From positions 1 through 18,228 of the forward strand of contig JBBIJB010000050.1 of assembly GCA_037446215.1 (NCBI GenBank): 18,228 bases of DNA, in the 5' to 3' direction. The stretch is from Armatimonadota bacterium. Lineage in GTDB: Bacteria > Sysuimicrobiota > Sysuimicrobiia > Sysuimicrobiales > Humicultoraceae. The notes under the pieces were generated by a model. It was not told the DNA's origin, did not search any database, and saw only the letters and a list, made by a program, of their open reading frames with translations. Made by a program: the position numbers and the translations under genes. Below, in pieces: positions 1 to 8,274 of the stretch. The number at the start of each line of letters is the position of its first letter. Position 1 is the stretch's first letter.

Positions 1-892
1 CGTCTACCCGCTGCTGTTCAACCGGTGCGTCTACGAGGCCGCGGCTCGTCACTCGCAAGGGGCCCCGATAGTCTGGGGCAGATCAGGGTGGACCGGGAGC
101 CAGCGGTATCCCATGCAGTGGGGCGGCGACCCGCAGGCCGACTGGGAGGGAATGGCCGCGAGTATCCGCGGCGGGCTGTCGTGGTGCATGAGCGGCGCGG
201 CGTTCTACACCCACGACATCGGCGGCTTCTACCACCTGAAGCCGGGGGCGATGCCTGATCCCGAGCTCTACGTTCGCTGGATGCAGGCCGGGGTGATGTC
301 CTCCCACACCCGGTTCCACGGCACCAGCCCACGAGAGCCGTGGTACTACGGCGACGAGGTCGAGGAGACGGTACGTCGCTGGCTGGGGTGGCGCTACCGC
401 CTGATCCCCTACATCGAGGCCGCGGCCTACGAGGCGCAGAAGACCGGGATGCCGGTGATGCGCGCGATGCCGCTGGCCTTCCCCGGCGACTTGGCGGCAC
501 AGCCCTTCGAGCACCAGTACATGCTGGGCCCGGCCCTGCTGGTTGCGCCGGTAGTGCGGCCCGGCGGAGAGGTGCGGCTCTACCTGCCCGCGGGCGGGTG
601 GTACGACATCGAGTCGGGCGAGCGGCAGGAAGGGCCGCGCGTGCTGGATCTAGAGATGCCGCTCGACCGGATCCCGATCTATGGCAGAGAGGGACAGATG
701 CTGCCATTGGGACCCGCCGTCCAGCACACCGGCGAGCTCAAGGAGGGCACGCACCTGGAGGAGGTATGGGCGTTCGGTGAGCCCAGGTGCTCCGTGGAGT
801 GGCCCGACCTGGCAATCGGTGCGGACGACGTGCGAGAGGGCCGGCTCCCGGCCGGGCTGAAGCTGCGCCTCCTGGGCATACCCAGGGCGTGA
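1..892 (+). CDS. Glycoside hydrolase family 31, alpha-xylosidase YicI-like (5' truncated by window edge)
   Basis: The frame is open from position 2 (VYPLLFNRCVYE...WGRSGWTGSQRYPMQWGGD). GH31 motifs WGGD (acid/base Asp), HDIGGF, ELYVRW, SHTRFHG, REPW, YRLIPYI, QYMLGPALLVAPV and YLPAGGWYD are present. Stop TGA at 890-892. Confidence 0.9.
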   Translation, partial: VYPLLFNRCVYEAAARHSQGAPIVWGRSGWTGSQRYPMQWGGDPQADWEGMAASIRGGLSWCMSGAAFYTHDIGGFYHLKPGAMPDPELYVRWMQAGVMSSHTRFHGTSPREPWYYGDEVEETVRRWLGWRYRLIPYIEAAAYEAQKTGMPVMRAMPLAFPGDLAAQPFEHQYMLGPALLVAPVVRPGGEVRLYLPAGGWYDIESGERQEGPRVLDLEMPLDRIPIYGREGQMLPLGPAVQHTGELKEGTHLEEVWAFGEPRCSVEWPDLAIGADDVREGRLPAGLKLRLLGIPRA

Positions 893-1005
893 ACCGGAGA
901 GAACTGCTGGGGGACAGGCCGGCCGAGGGAGCCGCCGATCGCATCGAGTACGGAGAGGCAAGCTCCGTGCGGCCGTAGCGGATAACTGGCGGACACGAGG
1001 GTGCG

Positions 1006-2256
1006 ATGACGTCACTTCCGCGTATGGTGAAGGTGAGGCTGCAGTTTCCGCGGCCGCGTGTCCCCGATCCCGAGCGAGCGGCCGACGAGGCCCTGGCCGG
1101 GCTGAACCTGGGGCCCCGCGTGGAGGGACGCAAGATCGCGGTGACCGCGGGCAGCCGGGGCATCAGCGACATCGCACCGCTGCTGCGCGGGGCCGTCTCG
1201 CACCTGAGGCGGCTGGGGGCGGAGCCGCTGGTGGTGGCCGCGATGGGCAGCCACGGCGGAGGCAATGCCGAGGGCCAGCGCCGCCTGCTGGAGCACCTGG
1301 GCGTTACCGAGGAGTCGGTGGGCGCGCCGGTCTCGACCCGCATGGAGACCGTGGTGGTCGGCACCACCCCGGGGGGGCTCCCGGCCTACTGCGACGCGGC
1401 GGCCGCCTCCTGCGACGGGATCCTGGCCGTCAACCGGATCAAGCCCCACACCGCGTTCGCCGAGCCGTTCGGCAGCGGCCTGATGAAGATGCTCGGGGTC
1501 GGGCTTGGGAAGGTGGAGGGCGCCTCCCAGATCCACCGGCAGCGGCCCGCCAACCTCCCCCGCGCGATCAGGGAGATCGCGGAGGTGCACCTCGCCCTCG
1601 GCACCGTGGTCGGTGGGCTGGCCGTCATCGAGAACGCCTATGAGGAGACCGCGAAGGTCGAGGCCGTTTCGCCGTCCGGCCTGATAGAGCGTGAGCTCGC
1701 CCTCTTCCGGGAGGCGCGTGCGCTGCTGCCCCGGCTGCCGGTAGACGATCTCGACGTGCTCGTGGTGGACGAGATGGGCAAGGTCTACGCCGGGACCGGC
1801 ATGGATACCAACATAATCGGCCGGCTCTGGATCCCTGGACTGCCCGAGCCCGCCTCGCCGCGGATAACGCGCATCGTCGCGCTGCGGCTCTCGCCCAGGT
1901 CCGAGGGGAACGCCCAGGGGATAGGGCTCGCCGACCTGGTCACCGAGCGGCTCGTGGGGGCGATGGACCGGGGCGTGACCTACCTCAACACGATCACGAG
2001 CACCTTCCTCAACCGCGGCTCAGTGCCCGTGACGATGCCGTCGGACCGCGAGGCCGTCGCAACGGCGATCGACACCCTCGGCATAGAGGACCCCGAGAAG
2101 GTCCGCCTCCTCCGGATACCCAACACGCTGCACCTGGAGCAGATGCTGGCCTCCGAGGCGGTCGCCGGGGAGATCCGCGGCCGGCCCGGGGTGGAGATAG
2201 GGGAGGAAGTCAAGTGGGTCTTTACTCCGGAAGGCCACCTCGCCGACCTGCCGTGA
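1006..2256 (+). CDS. LarA/DUF2088 lactate-racemase-domain protein (putative nickel-pincer-dependent hydroxyacid racemase/epimerase)
   Basis: 416 aa with GAGG upstream. Motifs TAGSRGI, AMGSHGG, NRIKPHT, SGLMKM and QIH match the His/His/Lys/His pattern of the LarA superfamily. The C-terminal half has GK..AGTGMDTNIIGR and GNAQGIGLAD. Confidence 0.75.
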   Translation: MTSLPRMVKVRLQFPRPRVPDPERAADEALAGLNLGPRVEGRKIAVTAGSRGISDIAPLLRGAVSHLRRLGAEPLVVAAMGSHGGGNAEGQRRLLEHLGVTEESVGAPVSTRMETVVVGTTPGGLPAYCDAAAASCDGILAVNRIKPHTAFAEPFGSGLMKMLGVGLGKVEGASQIHRQRPANLPRAIREIAEVHLALGTVVGGLAVIENAYEETAKVEAVSPSGLIERELALFREARALLPRLPVDDLDVLVVDEMGKVYAGTGMDTNIIGRLWIPGLPEPASPRITRIVALRLSPRSEGNAQGIGLADLVTERLVGAMDRGVTYLNTITSTFLNRGSVPVTMPSDREAVATAIDTLGIEDPEKVRLLRIPNTLHLEQMLASEAVAGEIRGRPGVEIGEEVKWVFTPEGHLADLP

Positions 2257-2277
2257 GCCACCCCGCGGGGGAGCGCC

Positions 2278-3159
2278 ATGTATGAGGCGATCGAGCGCAA
2301 CACCCGCCGCACCTGGCTGCTGTTCGCCGGGTTCATCGTGGTGGTGGTGGCGCTCGGCTATCTCTTCGGGGAACTGACCGAGCTGGGCCCCGCAGGGGTA
2401 GCGGTGGCCGCGGTCGTGGCGGTCGTCGGGACCGTCGGCGGCTACTACCACAGCGACCGGATCGTCCTCTCGATCAGCGGCGCTCGAGAGGCGCCCCGCG
2501 ACAGGTACCCGTTCCTCCACAACGCCGTGGACGGGCTGGCCATAGCGGCGGGCGTGCCCGCCCCGCGCCTCTACGTGATCGACGACTCCGCCCCCAACGC
2601 CTTCGCCACCGGCCGCGACCCCCAGCACTCGGCCATCGCCGTCACGACCGGGTTGATCGAGAAGCTGGACCGGCTCGAGCTCGAGGGCGTCATAGGCCAC
2701 GAGATGGCCCATATCCAGAACTACGACATCCGCCTCCAGACCGTGGCGGCAGTGATGGTGGGGACGATCGCGCTGCTCTCCGACTGGATGCTGCGCAGCA
2801 TGCGCTGGGGCAGGCGGAGGTCCGGGCGCGGCGGCTCCGGCGGTGGGGTGCTCGTGCTCGTCGCGGCCGTGCTGGCGCTCCTGGCGCCCCTACTCGCCGG
2901 CCTGATCAGGGTGGCGGTCTCCCGGCAGCGCGAGTTCATGGCGGATGCGTCGGGCGCCATGCTGACACGCTATCCCGAGGGGCTTGCCGGCGCGCTCGAG
3001 AAGATCGGCGCAGACAGGGAGCCGCTGGAGGTGGCGAACAAGGCCACCGCCCACCTCTACATAGTCAACCCGCTGCGGGAGTGGGGCGGCTGGGCCAACG
3101 GCCTCTTCAACACCCACCCGCCGACCGAGGAGCGGGTCCGCCGCCTGCGGGCGATGTAG
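2278..3159 (+). CDS. htpX: M48 family zinc metalloprotease HtpX
   Basis: Two N-terminal TM segments, PNAFATGR, ELEGVIGHEMAHI (HExxH), SRQREFMAD and FNTHPP. GGGGAG SD upstream. Confidence 0.9.
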   Translation: MYEAIERNTRRTWLLFAGFIVVVVALGYLFGELTELGPAGVAVAAVVAVVGTVGGYYHSDRIVLSISGAREAPRDRYPFLHNAVDGLAIAAGVPAPRLYVIDDSAPNAFATGRDPQHSAIAVTTGLIEKLDRLELEGVIGHEMAHIQNYDIRLQTVAAVMVGTIALLSDWMLRSMRWGRRRSGRGGSGGGVLVLVAAVLALLAPLLAGLIRVAVSRQREFMADASGAMLTRYPEGLAGALEKIGADREPLEVANKATAHLYIVNPLREWGGWANGLFNTHPPTEERVRRLRAM

Positions 3160-3250
3160 CCGCGGCCGCTGGGCCGGGAGGAAGCAGGGGCCCGCGGGCG
3201 AAGAATAGGGGGCCGGGCATCGCCCGGCAAGCTGCCGGCCGAGGATAAGC

Positions 3251-3952
3251 GTGCGCCTGGGTTTCGCATCTCTCCTTTCAATATCGACGGCTGTCCTGAT
3301 AGCTGGCCTGGCGGCTGCCCCGCTCGCGGCCTCTCCAAGCCCGGCCAAGAGCTCCTCCCCGATCAAGACCCAGGTACACGTGGTGCGCGAGGGCGACACG
3401 CTCTGGGCGCTCTCCAGGCGGCACGGCACCACCCCTGAGCGGCTGGCCGCGCTCAACGGCATTCCTACCGAGGCGATCCTCCAGATAGGACAGCGGCTGA
3501 AGGTCCCCGCCCCGCCTAGTGCGCGCTCGGCAGCAGCCGGCAAGAGCGCCTCTCCAGCGCTGGCCGCGCTGCCATCGCGCGGAGCCAACTGGGCTCCGAC
3601 GTTGATCTCGATCTCCAAACGCTACCTCGGTGTGCGCTATCGCTGGGGAGGGACCGGCCCCGCCGGTTTCGACTGCTCCGGGTTCCTGTACCACGTCTAC
3701 AGGCGTATGGGAGTGGAGCTGCCGCGGACGACCTACGCGATGTACAAGGCCGGGGCTCCGGTTCCGCGATCCGATCTGCGGGCCGGGGACGTGGTGTTCT
3801 TCCAGACGCTGCGCCCCGGGCCTTCCCACGCCGGGATCTACCTTGGCAACGGCCTGTTCATCCACTCCTCCTCGGGCTTCGGGCGCGTGACGATCACGCC
3901 CATGAGCTACCGGTACTACGCCCCTCGATACCTGGGAGCGCGCCGCTTCTAG
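3251..3952 (+). CDS. Secreted LysM-domain NlpC/P60 (C40) peptidoglycan endopeptidase
   Basis: GTG start with GAGGA SD and a hydrophobic signal peptide. LysM domain (HVVREGDTLWALSRRHGTT...LNGI...LQIGQRLKVP), an Ala/Pro/Ser linker, then NlpC/P60 with YRWGG, FDCSG, SHAGIYLG and IHSS (Cys-His-His). Confidence 0.92.
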   Translation: MRLGFASLLSISTAVLIAGLAAAPLAASPSPAKSSSPIKTQVHVVREGDTLWALSRRHGTTPERLAALNGIPTEAILQIGQRLKVPAPPSARSAAAGKSASPALAALPSRGANWAPTLISISKRYLGVRYRWGGTGPAGFDCSGFLYHVYRRMGVELPRTTYAMYKAGAPVPRSDLRAGDVVFFQTLRPGPSHAGIYLGNGLFIHSSSGFGRVTITPMSYRYYAPRYLGARRF

Positions 3953-3971
3953 GGCGGCGTCGCGGCCTCCC

Positions 3972-5378
3972 GTGCGCCCAAACCCGATGCGTGACCTGGT
4001 CGCCATAGCCGCGGGCCGGCTCGCGGCAACAGCCAGCCGTGCGCTGCGCGCCGGCGGCGGCACGACCGTACCCGGGCGCATCGCCACCGCTGTGGCGCCG
4101 GGCCTGATCTCTACCCTCTCGGCGCGCCTCGCCCGTGGCGTGGTCCTCGTGTCCGGCACCAACGGGAAGACGACCACGGCCCGCCTGCTCGGGGGGATCC
4201 TCGACAGCGCGGGGCTGGTGTCCATCCACAACCGTGCCGGTGCCAACCTGCTCTCGGGCGTCGCCTCGGCGCTGGTCGAAAGCTCCACGCTGCTCGGGCG
4301 GCCTCGCGGCGATATGGGGCTGTTCGAGGTTGATGAGGCCACCCTGCCCGCGGTGGTGGAGGCGACGCGGCCCCGCGTGGTGGTCCTTCTCAACCTGTTT
4401 CGGGACCAACTGGACCGTTACGGAGAGATCGACCTGGTCGCCGACAGGTGGCGCCGCGCGCTGTCGGCGATGCCGCGGGAAGCGACCCTCGTCTTCAACG
4501 CCGATGACCCGCTGGTCGCCGATGTGAGCAGGGGCTACGCGGGCCCGATGCTCTCCTTTGGGATCGAGGAGGCGCCTGACCGGGCCGATCCCACCCCGGG
4601 CCTCGAGGCGGCGGCAGACGCCCGCTACTGCTATCGCTGCGGCCGGCCCTACGACTACTCCCTCGTCCTGCTGGGCCACATGGGCCACTACAGCTGTGCG
4701 CGGTGTGGCACCGCGCGCCCCCGTCCCGAGGTCGTCGCCCGCGAGGTGCGCCTCCGAGGGGCAGAAGGGGGCTCCGCCTCCGTCGCCTGGGAAGGGGAGA
4801 CGATGGAGGTCTCCAGTGCCCTCCCAGGCCTCTACAACGTGTACGACGCCACCGCGGCCGCGGCCGCCGCGCTCGCCCTCGGGATCCCGCCCGCCACGAT
4901 CGTGCGAGGCATAGCCGCCACCGCCCCCGCCTTCGGGCGCGGCGAGCGCGTGACGGTAGAAGGGCGCGAGGCGGTCTTCCTCCTTGCCAAGAACCCGGCG
5001 GGCTTCAACGAGGTTCTGCGCACGGTCCTCTACGCCGAGGATGCGCCGGTGGTGCTGATCGCGATCAACGACCTCACGGCCGACGGGAGGGATATCTCGT
5101 GGCTGTGGGACGTGGAGTTCGAGCTGCTCTCAGGGCGCGCCCGCGCCGTCGTCGTCACCGGGACGAGGGGCGAGGACATGGCGCTGAGGCTCAAGTACGC
5201 CGGCGTGGAGGCCGGGCGCGTGACGCTCGAGCACGACCTCGCCCGCGCGATCTCGCGCGCGGGGGAGGCCGCGCGAGAAGGGGAGAGGTTCTACGTGCTC
5301 CCGACCTACACCGCGATGCTCGAGCTGCGCGCGGTGCTCGCGCGCGCCGGGATCGTGCGCGGGTTCTGGAGGCAGTAG
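3972..5378 (+). CDS. murT: Lipid II isoglutaminyl synthase subunit MurT (Mur ligase + DUF1727)
   Basis: P-loop SGTNGKTTT, GANL, FEVDE, NLFRDQLDRYGE, a four-Cys insert (CYRC...CARC), KNPAG, DGRDISWLWD and PTYTAML. Lies directly upstream of gatD. The start may instead be ATG 3987. Confidence 0.92.
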   Translation: MRPNPMRDLVAIAAGRLAATASRALRAGGGTTVPGRIATAVAPGLISTLSARLARGVVLVSGTNGKTTTARLLGGILDSAGLVSIHNRAGANLLSGVASALVESSTLLGRPRGDMGLFEVDEATLPAVVEATRPRVVVLLNLFRDQLDRYGEIDLVADRWRRALSAMPREATLVFNADDPLVADVSRGYAGPMLSFGIEEAPDRADPTPGLEAAADARYCYRCGRPYDYSLVLLGHMGHYSCARCGTARPRPEVVAREVRLRGAEGGSASVAWEGETMEVSSALPGLYNVYDATAAAAAALALGIPPATIVRGIAATAPAFGRGERVTVEGREAVFLLAKNPAGFNEVLRTVLYAEDAPVVLIAINDLTADGRDISWLWDVEFELLSGRARAVVVTGTRGEDMALRLKYAGVEAGRVTLEHDLARAISRAGEAAREGERFYVLPTYTAMLELRAVLARAGIVRGFWRQ

Positions 5379-5384
5379 CCGGCC

Positions 5385-6134
5385 GTGGAGCTGCGCATCT
5401 GCCACCTCTACCCGGACCTGCTCAACCTCTACGGTGACAGGGGGAACGTCACCGTCCTGGTCCGCAGGGCCGAGTGGCGCGGGATCGACGTCAGCCTGGT
5501 GGAGGCGGGGCTTGGGGACCCGGTGGACCCGGAGGGCAGCGACCTCTTCTTCATAGGAGGCGGCGAGGACAGGCAGCAGAGGCTCGCGGCGCAGGACCTC
5601 CGCAACGTCAAGGGCCCCGCGCTGAGCGACGCCGCCGAGGCCGGCGCGGCCGTGCTGGCGGTCTGTGGGGGCTACCAGTTGCTGGGCCACTACTACCGGC
5701 CCTCCGAGGGCCCCGACCTGGAGGGGCTGGGCCTCCTGGACCTCCACACCGTCCACCCCGGCCCCGGATCCCGCCGCCTCATCGGGAACGTGGTGCTTCG
5801 CGAGGCCGCCGGCGGCAGGATGCTGGTCGGCTTCGAGAACCACGGAGGCCGCACACACCTGGGAACAGGGGTTCGGCCCCTCGGGAGCGTGGTCGCTGGC
5901 TGGGGCAACAACGGTGAGGACCGTACCGAGGGGGCGGTCCGCGGGTCGGTCTACGGGACCTACCTGCACGGTCCGCTACTCCCCAAGAACCCCTGGCTGG
6001 CCGACCTGCTGATAGCCGCCGCGCTGCGGAGGCGCTACGGGGCGGCGGAGCTGTCCGACCTTCCCGACAGGGAGGAGGAGCGCGCCGCGCGTGCGGCCGC
6101 CCTCCGCGCCGGGGTGAGAGGAGGAGCGCGTTGA
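5385..6134 (+). CDS. gatD: Type 1 glutamine amidotransferase GatD (CobQ-like)
   Basis: HLYPDLLNLYGDRGN, IGGGED, AVCGGYQLLG (catalytic Cys), GFENHGGRT, GNN and TYLHGPLLPKNP. Confidence 0.92.
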   Translation: MELRICHLYPDLLNLYGDRGNVTVLVRRAEWRGIDVSLVEAGLGDPVDPEGSDLFFIGGGEDRQQRLAAQDLRNVKGPALSDAAEAGAAVLAVCGGYQLLGHYYRPSEGPDLEGLGLLDLHTVHPGPGSRRLIGNVVLREAAGGRMLVGFENHGGRTHLGTGVRPLGSVVAGWGNNGEDRTEGAVRGSVYGTYLHGPLLPKNPWLADLLIAAALRRRYGAAELSDLPDREEERAARAAALRAGVRGGAR

Positions 6135-7345
6135 ACGGAAGAGGTAGGATCTGGCGCATAGCCGCCATCCTGGGGCTGGCGCAGCTCGGGTTCGCGACCG
6201 TGCTGCCGCTGCTCCCGCTGCACCTGACCGAGAACCTTGGCTCGAGCGTCAAGCTGGTAGGGGTGGTAGTGGCCTCCTTCGCGCTGGTGGAGACCTTCTT
6301 CAAGACCGCTTGGGGAGGCGTCACCGACCGCCTGGGCCGAAAGCCCGTCATCGTGACCGGGCTCGGCCTCTCCGCGGTCGCGCCCCTCATAATGGTGGTG
6401 CTGCGGGCGCCGGTGCTGTTCGTGCCGCTGCGGCTGGTCGATGGGCTGGGCTCCGCGGCGCTGTGGCCGGCCGCCGCCTCGGCGGTGGCCGACTCCACCA
6501 CGCCCGACCGCCGCGCCACCGGCATGGCGGTCCTCAACCTCGCCTTCATGGCGGGGCTGGCGGCCGGGCCGGCGCTGGGGCTGTTTGTCTCCGGACTCAT
6601 CGGCGACTTCCGCGCCGGGTTCTTCCTGGCCAGCGGCCTGCTGGCCTCGGCCATGGTCCTGGCCGTCGCCGTCTTCCCCGGCGACCGCACCGGCCGGCCG
6701 CCCAACGGCGCCCTGGTTGGCTATCACTCGGCCGGCCGGCCTGCCGGCGCCCAATCCACCCTCGCCTTCCTGCGCACCACGCGGGCGCTGACCGCCCTCT
6801 ACCTGGTGGCGTTCGTGCAGATGTTCGGCGTGGGGCTGCTGGTGCCCATCGCGGCGATCTTCGCCAAGCAGAGGATCGGGCTGAGTGAGCACCAGATAGG
6901 CGTGCTCTTCCTGGTGGTCGTGGCGTCCACGGCCGCGGCTATGATCCCGGCAGGCCGGCTGGCGGACCGGGTTGGAAAGCCCCGCCTGATTGTCACCGGG
7001 ATGGCCGTCGGCTCGCTGGGCATGTGGGTGATGTCGCTCAGCGACCGGTTGGTGGACGTGCTCGCGGCCGGTGGCCTGCTCGGGATCAGCTACGCGCTGT
7101 CGGCATCCGCCTGGCTGGCGCTGATCACGGAGCTCGCGCCGCCCGGCCGCATGGGGCTGGCGGTGGGCGCCTCGGAGACGGTCCAGGGCCTGGGGCTCGT
7201 GCTTGGCCCGCTGCTGGGAGGGCTGCTCTGGGACACGATCGGCCCAAAGGCGCCCTTCGTGGCGAGCGCGATAGTGATGACCATCGGCGCCGCCGTGGCG
7301 GCGGCCTCTCTGCGCTCCGTCCCGTCGGCCAGGGCTAGGGGCTAG
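6131..7345 (+). CDS. MFS transporter (DHA1/TetA-like, about 12 TM)
   Basis: TTG start overlaps the gatD stop (TTGA), with AGGAG SD. MFS motif A appears in both halves (GGVTDRLGRK, GRLADRVGK). Confidence 0.88.
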   Translation: MNGRGRIWRIAAILGLAQLGFATVLPLLPLHLTENLGSSVKLVGVVVASFALVETFFKTAWGGVTDRLGRKPVIVTGLGLSAVAPLIMVVLRAPVLFVPLRLVDGLGSAALWPAAASAVADSTTPDRRATGMAVLNLAFMAGLAAGPALGLFVSGLIGDFRAGFFLASGLLASAMVLAVAVFPGDRTGRPPNGALVGYHSAGRPAGAQSTLAFLRTTRALTALYLVAFVQMFGVGLLVPIAAIFAKQRIGLSEHQIGVLFLVVVASTAAAMIPAGRLADRVGKPRLIVTGMAVGSLGMWVMSLSDRLVDVLAAGGLLGISYALSASAWLALITELAPPGRMGLAVGASETVQGLGLVLGPLLGGLLWDTIGPKAPFVASAIVMTIGAAVAAASLRSVPSARARG

Positions 7346-8274
7346 CCGGCCTTGCCCCCGGCCACACGCTGGGGGTAGGAGGTCGCCTCGGCCTGCACGA
7401 GCAGCACGCCGCCGATGACCAGCCCTGCCCCCGCCCACTGGGCCGGCCCCATCGTCTCCGCCAGAAGCGCGGTGCCCGCGACCGCGGCCACTACGGGCTC
7501 GAGGGTGGCCACGACCGCTGCCCGGCCCGCCTCGACCCGGCGGAGACCGTCGATGTACAGCAGGTAGGCCGCCACGGTCGGGCCCGCCACCACGTAGATG
7601 AGAGCGGGCACCGCCTGCCTGGAGACCTCCGGCAGCGTCCCTGTGGAGGCCCAGCCCGCCGCGGTCAGCAGCAGCGCCCCGAACCCCAGCGTGTAGACCA
7701 CCGCGGTGAGGGGCGAGTGGCGGCGCATCGCCACCTTTCCGAAGATGCTGTAGAGGCCGTAGGTGAGCCCGGCTCCAAGCCCTGCCAGGAGGCCAGGGGT
7801 GCTGAGGCGCAGCTCCTGCGGCCCCAGCGCGCCAACGACGAGCACGCAGCCGGCGAATGTCAACCCGACGGCGGCCGCCTTCATGCGGGTCATCGACTCG
7901 TGGAACATCAGGCGCGCCAGTACCACCACCCACGCGGGCGCCGTGTACATCAGCACTGCCGCGGTCGCGACGGTGGTGAGCTCGATCGCCGTGAAGTAGA
8001 CCGTCATGAAGCCGGCGACGCTCACCGCGCCGAAGGCGGCCAGCAGGGGCAGGTCCCGAGCCGAGACCACCAGCGCCCTGCGCCGCGCGACCAGGCAGTA
8101 GAGCAGCAGCACCAGGAACGCCCCGGCGGCGCGCAGCCCCGCGGCCTGCAGCGGCGACAGCCCCGCGGCAAAGAGGCTCCGGACTCCGACGCCGACCGTT
8201 CCCCACAGGACCGCGGCGGCGATGATCTGGAGGTAGCCGCGCAGGGCCGGCTCCCCATAGGGTTTGGACAGCAT
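7342..8274 (-). CDS. EamA/DMT family transporter (two EamA repeats, 310 aa)
   Basis: The true start is most likely ATG 8274 (MLSKPYGEPALRGYLQIIAAAVLWG), overlapping the upstream TGA. Typical EamA features: AAVLWG, A.VLMYTAP.WV.VLA..MFHE, LEPVVA, LLAET and G.GLVIGGV. The ORF-track extension to 8784 lies inside the upstream gene. Confidence 0.9.
   Translation of the reverse strand: MLSKPYGEPALRGYLQIIAAAVLWGTVGVGVRSLFAAGLSPLQAAGLRAAGAFLVLLLYCLVARRRALVVSARDLPLLAAFGAVSVAGFMTVYFTAIELTTVATAAVLMYTAPAWVVVLARLMFHESMTRMKAAAVGLTFAGCVLVVGALGPQELRLSTPGLLAGLGAGLTYGLYSIFGKVAMRRHSPLTAVVYTLGFGALLLTAAGWASTGTLPEVSRQAVPALIYVVAGPTVAAYLLYIDGLRRVEAGRAAVVATLEPVVAAVAGTALLAETMGPAQWAGAGLVIGGVLLVQAEATSYPQRVAGGKAG

Noticed and set aside
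893..1005. Glycine-riboswitch-like words (GGAGAGA at 896-902, GCCGAGGGAGC at 922-932, second GGAGAG at 952-957)
   Set aside because: The conserved CTCTCAGG 3' strand and a convincing P1/P2 are missing, and the downstream gene has no glycine link. An Rfam RF00504 scan would settle it.
3160..3250. c-di-AMP (ydaO) riboswitch or sigma-H-type promoter upstream of the NlpC/P60 gene
   Set aside because: No GCTGAA, GGGGTGAA or CAGCTAAC cores are present and the gap is too short. The AGGA-to-GAAT spacing does not fit the sigma-H consensus well.
5385..6134. Cobyric acid synthase CobQ (cobalamin synthesis)
   Set aside because: It is a stand-alone GATase directly after murT with no cob genes nearby, so it is GatD.
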